A DNA stretch of 64,000 bases from DHVE2 group archaeon (GTDB lineage: Archaea; Thermoplasmatota; Thermoplasmata; Thermoplasmatales; Aciduliprofundaceae): positions 19,907 through 83,906 of the forward strand of contig JALVVV010000055.1 in the NCBI GenBank assembly GCA_027023265.1, in the 5' to 3' direction. The notes below the pieces were generated by a model, which had not been told where the DNA came from, searched no databases, and saw only the letters and a program-made list of their open reading frames with translations. The translations under genes were made by a program, and so were the position numbers. Position 1 is the stretch's first letter; every line of letters starts with the position of its first letter. Positions 56,090-64,000 of this stretch are shown here, in pieces.

Positions 56090-58389
56090 CTCAAATATTT
56101 TTTAAGGGAACCTTTCCAAATGTCCCTCATGTTGTCTACATTCACATTAAATAGCCAGCGTTCGCCGTCTTTAACTCTGAGACGGTCACCATCAACTACC
56201 CCTATACTCTTTCCATCAACAAGGGATTCAAATTTTCCTGTGTTCTCCGGTTTAACTTCGCAAACCCATCTGGTTGGGCTCTCTGAGAACAGTTTTATGT
56301 CCGGCCTGAAATGCTCCATGTTCTTCAAATCAATCTCAGCTCCAAGGTTTCCACCAATGGACATCTCCGCGAGAGTTACTCCTAAACCCCCATGGGAAAT
56401 ATCATGGCAGGATTCTACAAGTCCTTTTGAAATGGCAGAATGCAGCTGTTCACTCAATAATTTTGTTTTTTCTATATTTACATTTGGAACGATTGTACTG
56501 GATGCGTTAAGTAGTGAGTAGTATTCGCTGCCACCCATTTCACCGGTGGTTTTTCCTATCAGATATATGTGGTTTCCCTCCTTTTTAAAATCGGAAGTTA
56601 TGGCATTTCTGATATCGTCGATTATGCCTACTGCCATTAACACGGGAGTTGGAGGTATATTTTTTCCAAATGCCTCATTGTAAAAACTCACGTTGCCCGA
56701 CACGTAAGGTATGCCCAGTGTGCGGGCAGCATCGCCTAGACCCCTGCAAGTTTCCACAAACTCACCCATTATTTCAGGGCGCTCAGGATTCCCAAAATTG
56801 AGTCCGTCGGACATGCTGCTTGGCATGGCACCAACAGCTACGAGGTTTCTAACGGCTTCATCAACGGTGTACAATGCCCCGAGGTATGGATTTAATTTGG
56901 ATATGTGAGGGTTGGATACGGTTGTTATTGCTATGCCTTTCCATGAATCATGCAATGGTTTTAATACCGCTGCATCGCCGTGGCTTTCATACCCCACAAT
57001 CCCATGCATGGGTTTTATTACTGTTCTGCCCTGTACCTCGTGGTCGTACTGTCTTATTACCCATTCCTTGCTAGCAATGTTGTATGTGGATAATAATTTA
57101 AGAAAAACGCGCCGGTAATTTGGCTCTGGGGGTATCTCTTGCATTTCTTGCACTCTGCGCACGGTGTAATCTCTCTCGTATTCTACTCCTGCGGTTATGA
57201 ACTCAAGGGGCATATCAAGAATTTTGTTTCCGTGCCAGAATATTCGCAGATTTTTCTGCTCAATAGTTTCTCCTATAACACTCATTTCAATGTCCCACTT
57301 TTTGCACAATTTTTCAAGATCTGGTAGATTTTTATCTTCAATTGCCAAGAGCATACGCTCTTGAGACTCGCTAACCCATATTTCCCAGGGTACCATATCT
57401 CCCTCTTTCAACAGCACCCTATCAAGATACACGTTCGCTCCAACGCCTCCTGCATGGCACATCTCCCCAACCACGCTTCCTAAACCACCCCCTCCAAGAT
57501 CTTTCATTCCGTGAATTATGCCAAGTTCGTTAGCTTCCAAAACAAGGTGAATTAAGGGCTCTTTCAGTATCGGATTTCCAAGCTGAACCGCCTGCCGCTC
57601 TTCTTCGCTTTTTTCATCTAAAATTTTTGAGGCAAAATTTACCCCATGAATACCGTCTCTCCCCGTTCTACCTCCTACCATTACCAGTTTTACACCTGCC
57701 TTGTCAACGGCACTCCTTACAATTTTATCTTTTTTTACTACTCCGAGACAACCTGCGTTTACGAGAACGTTGTTGACGTAATCTTCATGGAAATATGTGA
57801 TTCCTGCTACGGTTGGAATTCCCACTCTGTTACCATAATCGCGAATACCGGAAATCACTCCGTTGATTAAAAACAATGGATGTTTTATGCCTTTGTTTAA
57901 CTTACCTCTGTAATCTGGTGGTCCAAAGAATAGGGGGTCCACGAGAGCAATGGGTTTTGCCCCCATGTTAAGAACGTCCCTTATTATGCCCCCGACTCCC
58001 GTCGCTGCACCCCCATATGGCTCAACTGCACTTGGGTGGTTGTGGCTCTCTATTTTGAACACGTAGGCATATTCATCATCAAGTTCCACAACTCCTGCAT
58101 CGTCTTGCATCACGATCATAGCGTGTTCGGAGGGTATTCCAAATATGTATTTTCTCAGAATGGGTTTGGATGATTTGTAGGAGCAATGCTCGCTCCAGCC
58201 CTGAGCAATTGCATGAATCTCCAAATCTGTGGGATTCCTTCCCATTTTCCTGAAAAAATCCCTTATCTTTTTCATCTCATCCATGCTTAGAGCGAGGCCC
58301 ATGGTGTTGTTGATTTCATCTAATTCCTCATCGGTAGCATCAATTATGTTCACTTCATAAACACCGGTTGCTATTTTTTTCAATTTCAT
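56086..58389 (-). CDS. purL: Phosphoribosylformylglycinamidine synthase subunit II
   Basis: ESHNHPSAVEPYGGAATGVGG and other PurL motifs. 4-nt overlaps with purS and purQ. Confidence 0.95.
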   Translation of the reverse strand: MKLKKIATGVYEVNIIDATDEELDEINNTMGLALSMDEMKKIRDFFRKMGRNPTDLEIHAIAQGWSEHCSYKSSKPILRKYIFGIPSEHAMIVMQDDAGVVELDDEYAYVFKIESHNHPSAVEPYGGAATGVGGIIRDVLNMGAKPIALVDPLFFGPPDYRGKLNKGIKHPLFLINGVISGIRDYGNRVGIPTVAGITYFHEDYVNNVLVNAGCLGVVKKDKIVRSAVDKAGVKLVMVGGRTGRDGIHGVNFASKILDEKSEEERQAVQLGNPILKEPLIHLVLEANELGIIHGMKDLGGGGLGSVVGEMCHAGGVGANVYLDRVLLKEGDMVPWEIWVSESQERMLLAIEDKNLPDLEKLCKKWDIEMSVIGETIEQKNLRIFWHGNKILDMPLEFITAGVEYERDYTVRRVQEMQEIPPEPNYRRVFLKLLSTYNIASKEWVIRQYDHEVQGRTVIKPMHGIVGYESHGDAAVLKPLHDSWKGIAITTVSNPHISKLNPYLGALYTVDEAVRNLVAVGAMPSSMSDGLNFGNPERPEIMGEFVETCRGLGDAARTLGIPYVSGNVSFYNEAFGKNIPPTPVLMAVGIIDDIRNAITSDFKKEGNHIYLIGKTTGEMGGSEYYSLLNASSTIVPNVNIEKTKLLSEQLHSAISKGLVESCHDISHGGLGVTLAEMSIGGNLGAEIDLKNMEHFRPDIKLFSESPTRWVCEVKPENTGKFESLVDGKSIGVVDGDRLRVKDGERWLFNVNVDNMRDIWKGSLKKYLR

Positions 58390-58631
58390 ATCTCCTCAAC
58401 CCGTATGTCGTAGGAGTGGATTACCGGGTTTACAAATAGCTTTTTAACCATCTCTTCTGCCATATTTTTTCCATCTTGTGGATTGTAGTTCATATATATT
58501 ATATACTGCTTGACGACTTTTACTTCAGAGATGCTCTCAAAGCCCAAAAGCTCCAACGACCTCCTTATGCTTTTTCCCTCTGGATCGTCTATGCCGTCTT
58601 TCAATCTAACCGTAATTGTTGCTTTAAGCAT
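58386..58631 (-). CDS. purS: Phosphoribosylformylglycinamidine synthase subunit PurS
   Basis: 81 aa, VRLKDGIDDPEGKSIRRSLELLGF. Position upstream of purL. Confidence 0.9.
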   Translation of the reverse strand: MLKATITVRLKDGIDDPEGKSIRRSLELLGFESISEVKVVKQYIIYMNYNPQDGKNMAEEMVKKLFVNPVIHSYDIRVEEI

Positions 58632-58683
58632 GGGTAGATATGGATTTAATACTTAACCTTTTAATCCGTGAAAAACTTTAAAA

Positions 58684-59559
58684 GTGATGAGTATATATTA
58701 TCTCCCAATGTCCGAGTTTGAAGAAACAAAGCGAATGATTGATGCTATGTTTGCTGAAAGGGATTATGCGTCTGTTATTGAATTTATAAATAAAAAAATG
58801 GCCGAGACCACGGACAAGGCTTTGCTATCTCTTCTATTGTACGAAAAGGGGAAAGTGTTGTATTACATGGGTAAAATAAAAGAATCACAGGGACTTTTAG
58901 ATGAATCACTTTCCCTTCTTGATAACCTGAGTAATGATTTGCAGGGGGTTATTCTCTTCAGTATAGCAAGCGTGTATCTTGTTATGGGTGAGGTTCACAA
59001 CGCCGAGATGCTGTTTAGGAAAACCCTCGAGATTCTTCCAGAGACAGATCACCATTATATTGCTGCTCTTAACAATCTTGGAGACATGTACAAGAGGCAA
59101 GAAAAATACGGTGAGGCCGAGGACTATTTTAAAAAGTGTTACAAGCTATCAATGGCTACAGGTAATAATTTTATGGCTGCGTATTCCAGCGAGGGTCTCG
59201 CAGGGGTCTATGCTGTGCGCGGGATGAAAAGCGAGACAATGGAATGGCTGGATAGAGCATTGAAATATTCGCGGGATGCAGGAGACACGAGGCTTGTAAG
59301 GCTTGTAGAAATAATCCTAAAAATGTTAAATGGAATCCCTATTGACGTCGTTAAGAGAGAATCACTGGATTTTATGAAGCTGGGTACTTACCGGTCGCAC
59401 GATATTGCTGATGCGTTTATGATTTATTCATCTCTACTTCCTGCCAATGAGCAGGAGGAGTACTTGAAGGAAGCAATAAATATCTATTCTAATGTTGGAG
59501 ACGCATACATGGAGGGGAAAGCCATCAAAAGGTTGGAGAGTTTGAATCGAAGGCTATAA
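58684..59559 (+). CDS. TPR-repeat protein (stand-alone)
   Basis: Units such as ALNNLGDMYKRQEKYGEAEDYFKKCYKLS. Confidence 0.75.
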   Translation: MMSIYYLPMSEFEETKRMIDAMFAERDYASVIEFINKKMAETTDKALLSLLLYEKGKVLYYMGKIKESQGLLDESLSLLDNLSNDLQGVILFSIASVYLVMGEVHNAEMLFRKTLEILPETDHHYIAALNNLGDMYKRQEKYGEAEDYFKKCYKLSMATGNNFMAAYSSEGLAGVYAVRGMKSETMEWLDRALKYSRDAGDTRLVRLVEIILKMLNGIPIDVVKRESLDFMKLGTYRSHDIADAFMIYSSLLPANEQEEYLKEAINIYSNVGDAYMEGKAIKRLESLNRRL

Positions 59560-59627
59560 ATATTCTTACTCTTTTACGCCAACGGGGGAGATGTCCCGCG
59601 GAGGAGAATCCCCAGGAGGAATGATGT

Positions 59628-60227
59628 ATGTACAAGCTTCCGAAAAAGAAAGCTAAAAATATGTACGGTTATGTGAAGAACTCATGGAAAGAGATGGATA
59701 AGACGTACGTTCGCGATATACAGTGGGAAAGAATGATTGAGTGGCGAAAGGGCCCTGCAATTGTGAGGGTTAATAGGCCAACAAGGATTGATAGAGCAAG
59801 AGAATTGGGTTATAAAGCGAAGCAGGGATACGTGGTTGCAAGGATTAGGGTGCGCCGCGGGAATCTCCAAAGGCGCAGAATCAAAGGTGGAAGAAGGCCT
59901 AAGAGAAAGGGTATGCTGAGGATACCTATGAGAAAGAGCATTCAAAGGATTGCTGAAGAGAGAGTTGCCCGCAAGTATCCGAATCTGGAAGTTCTGAATT
60001 CATATTATGTTGGTGAAGATGGCAAACACAAATACTATGAAGTAATACTCGTTGACCCGCATCACCCTGCGATTATGAATGACCCGAAGATAAACTGGAT
60101 TTCAAGTGGTAAGCACAAGGGAAGAGCATTCCGTGGCTTGACAAGTGCTGGCAAGAAAGGAAGAGGATTGAGGAATAAAGGAATGGGTGCTGAAAAAGCT
60201 AGGCCCTCAAGAAGGGCAAATCTTTAA
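59628..60227 (+). CDS. rpl15e: 50S ribosomal protein L15e (eL15)
   Basis: [11 protein letters not shown]...[13 protein letters not shown]...[21 protein letters not shown] 8 nt before the ATG at 59628. An alternative start is at 59661. Confidence 0.92.
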   Translation: MYKLPKKKAKNMYGYVKNSWKEMDKTYVRDIQWERMIEWRKGPAIVRVNRPTRIDRARELGYKAKQGYVVARIRVRRGNLQRRRIKGGRRPKRKGMLRIPMRKSIQRIAEERVARKYPNLEVLNSYYVGEDGKHKYYEVILVDPHHPAIMNDPKINWISSGKHKGRAFRGLTSAGKKGRGLRNKGMGAEKARPSRRANL

Positions 60228-60236
60228 TTTTTTATT

Positions 60237-60680
60237 ATGAAAAAGGTAATTGATGGCATCTATTTGAGGTGCCTTGTTCATTCCACAGAGGATGCTGAGA
60301 AAGTAAAAAAGGCGATGCAATTTATTTCAGGGTATGAAAAATTTAGTGAGGAGGCTCTTAAGGGTTACCACGGGAATGTTATAGTCGTTTTATCTTTAAC
60401 TCTGACTAAAAATCGGGATATATTACGATTTATGAAAAGATTGAATGAGCTTGGTATAACAGTGCTTATTGTGGAAAATATAAATTCCCTTATGGACGAT
60501 GACGGTGAAATACACATACGATTTGACAAGCAGGAAGCGTATATGGAACGCGTTGCACTCACTTCAGGAGGAGATGCCATTACCCTGAAAATAAAAGTGG
60601 TTAGTTATCCAAAAAGAAGAGAAACAGCTATCAAAAATTTTAAAGAATTTATTGAGATGATTCAATCTTCACAACAGTAA
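60237..60680 (+). CDS. DUF54/UPF0201-family RNA-binding protein
   Basis: RCLVHSTEDAEKVKKAMQFI...GYHGNVIVVL pattern, and position next to rpl15e. Confidence 0.6.
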   Translation: MKKVIDGIYLRCLVHSTEDAEKVKKAMQFISGYEKFSEEALKGYHGNVIVVLSLTLTKNRDILRFMKRLNELGITVLIVENINSLMDDDGEIHIRFDKQEAYMERVALTSGGDAITLKIKVVSYPKRRETAIKNFKEFIEMIQSSQQ

Positions 60681-61491
60681 CAACGAAGAACAGGGTTTTT
60701 CCTGCAACTTCTCTGTTAAAGTTAATCCTGAAATGGTCCTTGTACACTGCATCAATTAGGCCCCCGCTTGGTAGCAGTATAGGTATGCTCTTTATTATGT
60801 AATGAAAGTATATTCGTCCATTTTTTATGCTTTCTACGTGTATTATGAGCGATTGCGTCTTAAATGGCTGGTAATCCGCATTCACGTCTGGATTGTTCTG
60901 TATGGTAACTATATTTTTGGAAGGATTCACGTATAGCACGAGGACTTTCCATCCATACATTTTATCTGTGTAAACGGAATTAATGGTTGGATTTGCATGT
61001 GCGAATCTTTGATAGAATTCGTTTATAGTTAGGTTCTCTACGATTGAGACACTCTGATAATATGATTCGTTGGTTACTTTCTTCCATGAAAACGGATAAC
61101 CCTCATCAGGGGGTACGACAATTGTCTTTGTTTCGTTTAGTTTCATTCCCTGTACTCCCTTATCAAATCCTTTGATCATGGACCCGGACCCCACCGTGAA
61201 AGTGAGTGGTTTAAAGTTACCTGTCCACTTGTATGTGAGGGTCTTGGGGTACGTGACATTGTCATCTGCAACTTCCTTAATATTCGTGTCAAATACTCTT
61301 CTCTCTCCCCCGTAATATATGTACCCGTAATATTTGACAGAAATCTTATCTCCTATTTTTACCACGGGCACGCTCTTACTTGGCCCGCTGGTGTATGCGA
61401 AATACTCGTAAGCTCCGACAGAGACCCCTACCATTATTAGGAGTAGCACTGTCGCATATACCCACAACTTCATAATCCGGCGAATACTCAC
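60649..61491 (-). CDS. Membrane-anchored FKBP-type peptidyl-prolyl isomerase
   Basis: N-terminal TM helix. GDKISVKYYGY...FDTN and TFTVGSGSMIKGFDKGVQGMKLNETKTIVVPPDEGY. Confidence 0.8.
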   Translation of the reverse strand: MSIRRIMKLWVYATVLLLIMVGVSVGAYEYFAYTSGPSKSVPVVKIGDKISVKYYGYIYYGGERRVFDTNIKEVADDNVTYPKTLTYKWTGNFKPLTFTVGSGSMIKGFDKGVQGMKLNETKTIVVPPDEGYPFSWKKVTNESYYQSVSIVENLTINEFYQRFAHANPTINSVYTDKMYGWKVLVLYVNPSKNIVTIQNNPDVNADYQPFKTQSLIIHVESIKNGRIYFHYIIKSIPILLPSGGLIDAVYKDHFRINFNREVAGKTLFFVVTVVKIESSQ

Positions 61492-61505
61492 GTTAGATAT
61501 ATAAC

Positions 61506-62030
61506 TTACGCTTTTTTAAGCTGGTACACATATATCTCGTGGAAGGCAAGTTTTAGTGAGGCCAATCTCCTGAATTTGTATGGGTGAGATATTATAAGGG
61601 ATTTTCTGTTATGCGAAGATAAAATAATATATATCTCGCCATTTTTTTTGAGGTGACGATGAGCCTCCTTTAGAAATTTTATTATTATTTCATCTCCATA
61701 GTCGCCTCCTCCTGCCCACTGCAAGTCCTTGATATCTATTGCATTTCCCGGCAAATATGGTGGATTAAATATAATGGTGTCAAAGGTACCCTCAACTTTC
61801 TCGAACAAGTTGGACTTTTTGAAAATAACGGATACTCCTTCTTCTTCTGCTCTTTTTTTTGCATAGTTTATGGCATCATCGTCTATGTCTACAGCAACCA
61901 CCCTGCTACCTCTTTTTGCACATTCTATTGCGATGTACCCGCTGCCTGTTCCCACCTCCAAAACAGAATCACCGCATTTTAGGTTATCAAGTAAAAGAAG
62001 AGTGTCTTCTGCAGGAGTGTACACATCCAT
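61506..62030 (-). CDS. HemK/Mtq2-like N5-glutamine (release factor) methyltransferase
   Basis: MDVYTPAEDT start, SAM motif VLEVGTGSGYIA and catalytic NPPY. The ORF-track extension to 62309 is a Ser/Phe-rich mirror of the + strand K/E gene. Confidence 0.8.
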   Translation of the reverse strand: MDVYTPAEDTLLLLDNLKCGDSVLEVGTGSGYIAIECAKRGSRVVAVDIDDDAINYAKKRAEEEGVSVIFKKSNLFEKVEGTFDTIIFNPPYLPGNAIDIKDLQWAGGGDYGDEIIIKFLKEAHRHLKKNGEIYIILSSHNRKSLIISHPYKFRRLASLKLAFHEIYVYQLKKA

Positions 62031-62076
62031 GAAAAAAGTTATATGTATGTAGTACATTATAATTTCGGGGAGAAAT

Positions 62077-62664
62077 ATGCCCGAAGATAACATCATTGAA
62101 GAACTAGAGGAAATTTCGCAGTTAGTTGAAGAGTCAGGCGGAAGTGAGAAACCAGAAGATGTTAAGAAGGAGCTTGAGGAGATAGAAAAAATTGCTGCTT
62201 CCGCTGAAGATAAAAAAGATGAAAACAAAGGCTCTGTAGCTGCGTCTGCTACGGTGGCCACTGCAACAGCAAAGAAGGCACCTGAAAAGAAGGAAGAAAA
62301 GAAGAGCAAAGAGGAGCAGAAACCGGAGAAAGAGGAGGAAAAGAAGAAAGAAGAGAAAAAGGAGGAGAAGCCTTCGGAAAAGCAGTTAGAGGAAAAGAAA
62401 TCAGAAGGGCAGAAACCGGAAGTAAAACCAGCCCCTGAGATTAAGCAGGTGAAGGCCCCGGAAAAAGCAATTCATGGAAGCGGGTTCAAGTTCGGTGCAG
62501 GGGTTCTGGTTGTCATAGGTATAATTATCTATGCTGCGGCCTTCTACCTTCGCTGGGAAGGCTGGCATATAATTTCTCATCCCCCGTCATCTGTGATTGC
62601 TCTCACAGGCACTTTGCTAATACTTGCAGGGGGAGAAGTCTACTACCGCGGTAAAGTAAGGTAA
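62077..62664 (+). CDS. K/E-rich low-complexity protein with two C-terminal TM helices
   Basis: Acidic N-terminus, EKKEEKKSKEEQKPEKEEEKKKEEKKEEKP tract, then hydrophobic GAGVLVVIGIIIYAAAF and VIALTGTLLILAGG. Confidence 0.6.
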   Translation: MPEDNIIEELEEISQLVEESGGSEKPEDVKKELEEIEKIAASAEDKKDENKGSVAASATVATATAKKAPEKKEEKKSKEEQKPEKEEEKKKEEKKEEKPSEKQLEEKKSEGQKPEVKPAPEIKQVKAPEKAIHGSGFKFGAGVLVVIGIIIYAAAFYLRWEGWHIISHPPSSVIALTGTLLILAGGEVYYRGKVR

Positions 62665-62796
62665 TGCTAATGCTTTATGCTGAAAGGTATAATTTCCAAA
62701 CCCTTTAAATTTTTAGTTGTTTCGATGAGAATGAAAATCTCGAAATTATTGAGATACGTATTTTAAAAGAAATAGTGAATTTAATAGTATTATCTT

Positions 62797-63459
62797 TTAA
62801 TCAATAATGTCTAACCCGTTTTCAATTCTGTCTATTTCTACAGAGCTCGTGTTCTCACCTACAACGGCTCCGTAATCGTTGGCAACCACCCCTGCTCCCA
62901 CATACTTGCTTCCGTAGTTGGCAGTGGTAAGATACACCGGCACTCCAAATAGGTTCTTTAAGAAATTCACCTCGCTTTCATTTGTCTCTGGATGTACGAG
63001 CATACCTTTGTTGGTGAGAACTGCGGCAGTGCCCACAGTCTTTATTCCCCCTATTTTACCTTTGACTACTTCCACATCCAGAGCATCTTCTATCATTTTT
63101 ACTGTTTCTCTATCAAAGTCCACATGAACCAAAGCAGCTTTATCGTTAGCTATAATGTCGTTTCCCACTGCGTTAATTTTGTCCTCTATGAACAGCACGT
63201 TTAGTTTATCTTTCAGAAATGATATATCCTTCTCATCTGCAAAGTTGGTTATTATTGCACCCTTATTGTTCATGACCATCAAGCTGCCTATTAGCGTGCT
63301 TCCGTCGAGCATGGTCTCAAAAATATCAACGCGTAGGGTTTTCTCAATTTTCCTTTTTTTATCTTGAGAGATACCCTTAGGCACAACGGCACATGAGTTG
63401 TTGACTGCAACATAAACGCCAATATACGGGCTTCCAAAAATTGAGAGTTTGGATATCAT
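62797..63459 (-). CDS. eif6: Translation initiation factor aIF6
   Basis: SIFGSPYIGVY..., pentein-like repeats, and position downstream of rpl31e. Confidence 0.9.
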   Translation of the reverse strand: MISKLSIFGSPYIGVYVAVNNSCAVVPKGISQDKKRKIEKTLRVDIFETMLDGSTLIGSLMVMNNKGAIITNFADEKDISFLKDKLNVLFIEDKINAVGNDIIANDKAALVHVDFDRETVKMIEDALDVEVVKGKIGGIKTVGTAAVLTNKGMLVHPETNESEVNFLKNLFGVPVYLTTANYGSKYVGAGVVANDYGAVVGENTSSVEIDRIENGLDIID

Positions 63460-63461
63460 TA

Positions 63462-63725
63462 TTACTCAGGCATAAGAACCTCTACGCTTTCTTCCTCTTC
63501 AAACCTGACCGCTTTTACGGTTATTTTGCTCGGTGGTTTCTCTATCCCGCGTTTCCAAATCTCCTCGTTTACCCTGTTGTCTATCCACACGTTCTCTTCT
63601 GGAACGTTCATATGCCGTGCTACAAAATTCCGTACCAATTTCACTGCATAGTTCGCTCGCCTGCTGCGAGATATGTTCTTGACTTTACCGAGCGGTATGT
63701 TGAATATCATCTCTCTCTCTGCCAT
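63462..63725 (-). CDS. rpl31e: 50S ribosomal protein L31e (eL31)
   Basis: RANYAVKLVRNFVARHM...VWIDNRVNEEIWKRG. Confidence 0.9.
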   Translation of the reverse strand: MAEREMIFNIPLGKVKNISRSRRANYAVKLVRNFVARHMNVPEENVWIDNRVNEEIWKRGIEKPPSKITVKAVRFEEEESVEVLMPE

Positions 63726-63735
63726 CTAAATCACC

Positions 63736-63891
63736 TCACACCTTTAGCTTACTTCTGCGCCAGTTCCTTCTGTGTGGATGCATCTGGAATTTCCTCTGAG
63801 TACGCATAACGACCCACGCAGGAACCCTCCTGTTCTGCTTTACTTTCTGCATCAAACGATACTTTCTTGCAACATGCTTGTTTCTCGACAT
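63736..63891 (-). CDS. rpl39e: 50S ribosomal protein L39e (eL39), not in the ORF track (51 aa)
   Basis: Hand translation of the minus strand gives [55 protein letters not shown] upstream of the ATG. Confidence 0.88.
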   Translation of the reverse strand: MSRNKHVARKYRLMQKVKQNRRVPAWVVMRTQRKFQMHPHRRNWRRSKLKV

Positions 63892-63893
63892 GT

Positions 63894-64000
63894 TTATCGC
63901 CTCACAATTCTTATCTCCCTTTTTTGAGATGTTAACCTTCTTAATATTTCTTTAAGTTCACCATCACTAATTTTTTTGTAAATCCTGCCACTTTGAGCAA
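63894..64000 (-). CDS. C-terminal fragment of a PDCD5/TFAR19-like DNA-binding protein, cut by the window edge
   Basis: Hand translation gives ...[34 protein letters not shown]. Resembles the C-terminus of archaeal PDCD5 homologs, which commonly lie upstream of rpl39e. Confidence 0.45.
   Translation of the reverse strand, partial: AQSGRIYKKISDGELKEILRRLTSQKREIRIVRR

Noticed and set aside
42659-58389. Inteins, programmed frameshifts or internal stops in the long conserved genes (fusA, purL, abcE1, rad50)
   Set aside because: All are single uninterrupted ORFs of normal length. Motifs occur in the expected order, with no extra inserted domain visible.
62031-62309. N-terminal extension of about 93 aa on the methyltransferase ORF (61506..62309)
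   Set aside because: It is Ser/Phe/Ala-rich low complexity, the mirror image of the purine-rich K/E gene on the + strand. The conserved methyltransferase N-terminus (MDVYTPAEDT) starts at 62030.
1-64000. CRISPR arrays, rRNA genes, intact IS elements or prophage
   Set aside because: I saw no regularly spaced direct repeats, no rRNA-like conserved stretches, and no integrase, transposase or capsid-like intact ORFs. The only mobile trace is the decayed fragment at 49.6 kb.

Overview
This is an archaeal chromosomal segment. Evidence: eL15, eL31 and eL39 ribosomal proteins, aEF-1alpha/aEF-2, aIF6, ABCE1, Mre11-Rad50, an initiator tRNA with an A1:U72 pair, and GGTGAT-type Shine-Dalgarno sites. It is AT-rich, and the proteins are rich in K, E and I. 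That suggests a thermophilic euryarchaeon, possibly Thermoplasmata- or DHVE2-like, but this cannot be verified without a database search.

The window is densely coded, with about 70 CDS and 4 tRNAs (iMet-CAU, Leu-CAA, Pro-GGG, Arg-CCU). I found no rRNA, CRISPR array or intact mobile element. Most genes are housekeeping:
- Translation: str-type cluster S12-S7-EF2-[insert]-EF1a-S10, L15e, L39e-L31e-aIF6, GluRS, AlaX, ABCE1 and a Dph6-like ligase.
- DNA repair: Mre11-Rad50 and MutL.
- Metabolism: purS-purL-purQ, argF, rpe, speE and aminotransferases.

The regions most worth a second look are:
1. A divergent pair of Ras/Rab-like small GTPase paralogs. One is translationally coupled (TAATG) to a V4R-domain protein, a fold related to Bet3/TRAPP.
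2. An 1172-aa DUF835-like + STAND NTPase + TPR protein sitting between fusA and tuf.
3. A very AT-rich gene for a PUA/EVE-like + NucS-like PD-(D/E)xK nuclease fusion, overlapping a HAD hydrolase gene.
4. A MutL with an intact endonuclease motif and no MutS in the window.
5. A tandem Roadblock-like protein with a small partner.
6. A decayed transposase and surface-protein remnant at 49.4-50.1 kb.

All functional calls come from motif recognition by eye. No searches were run.
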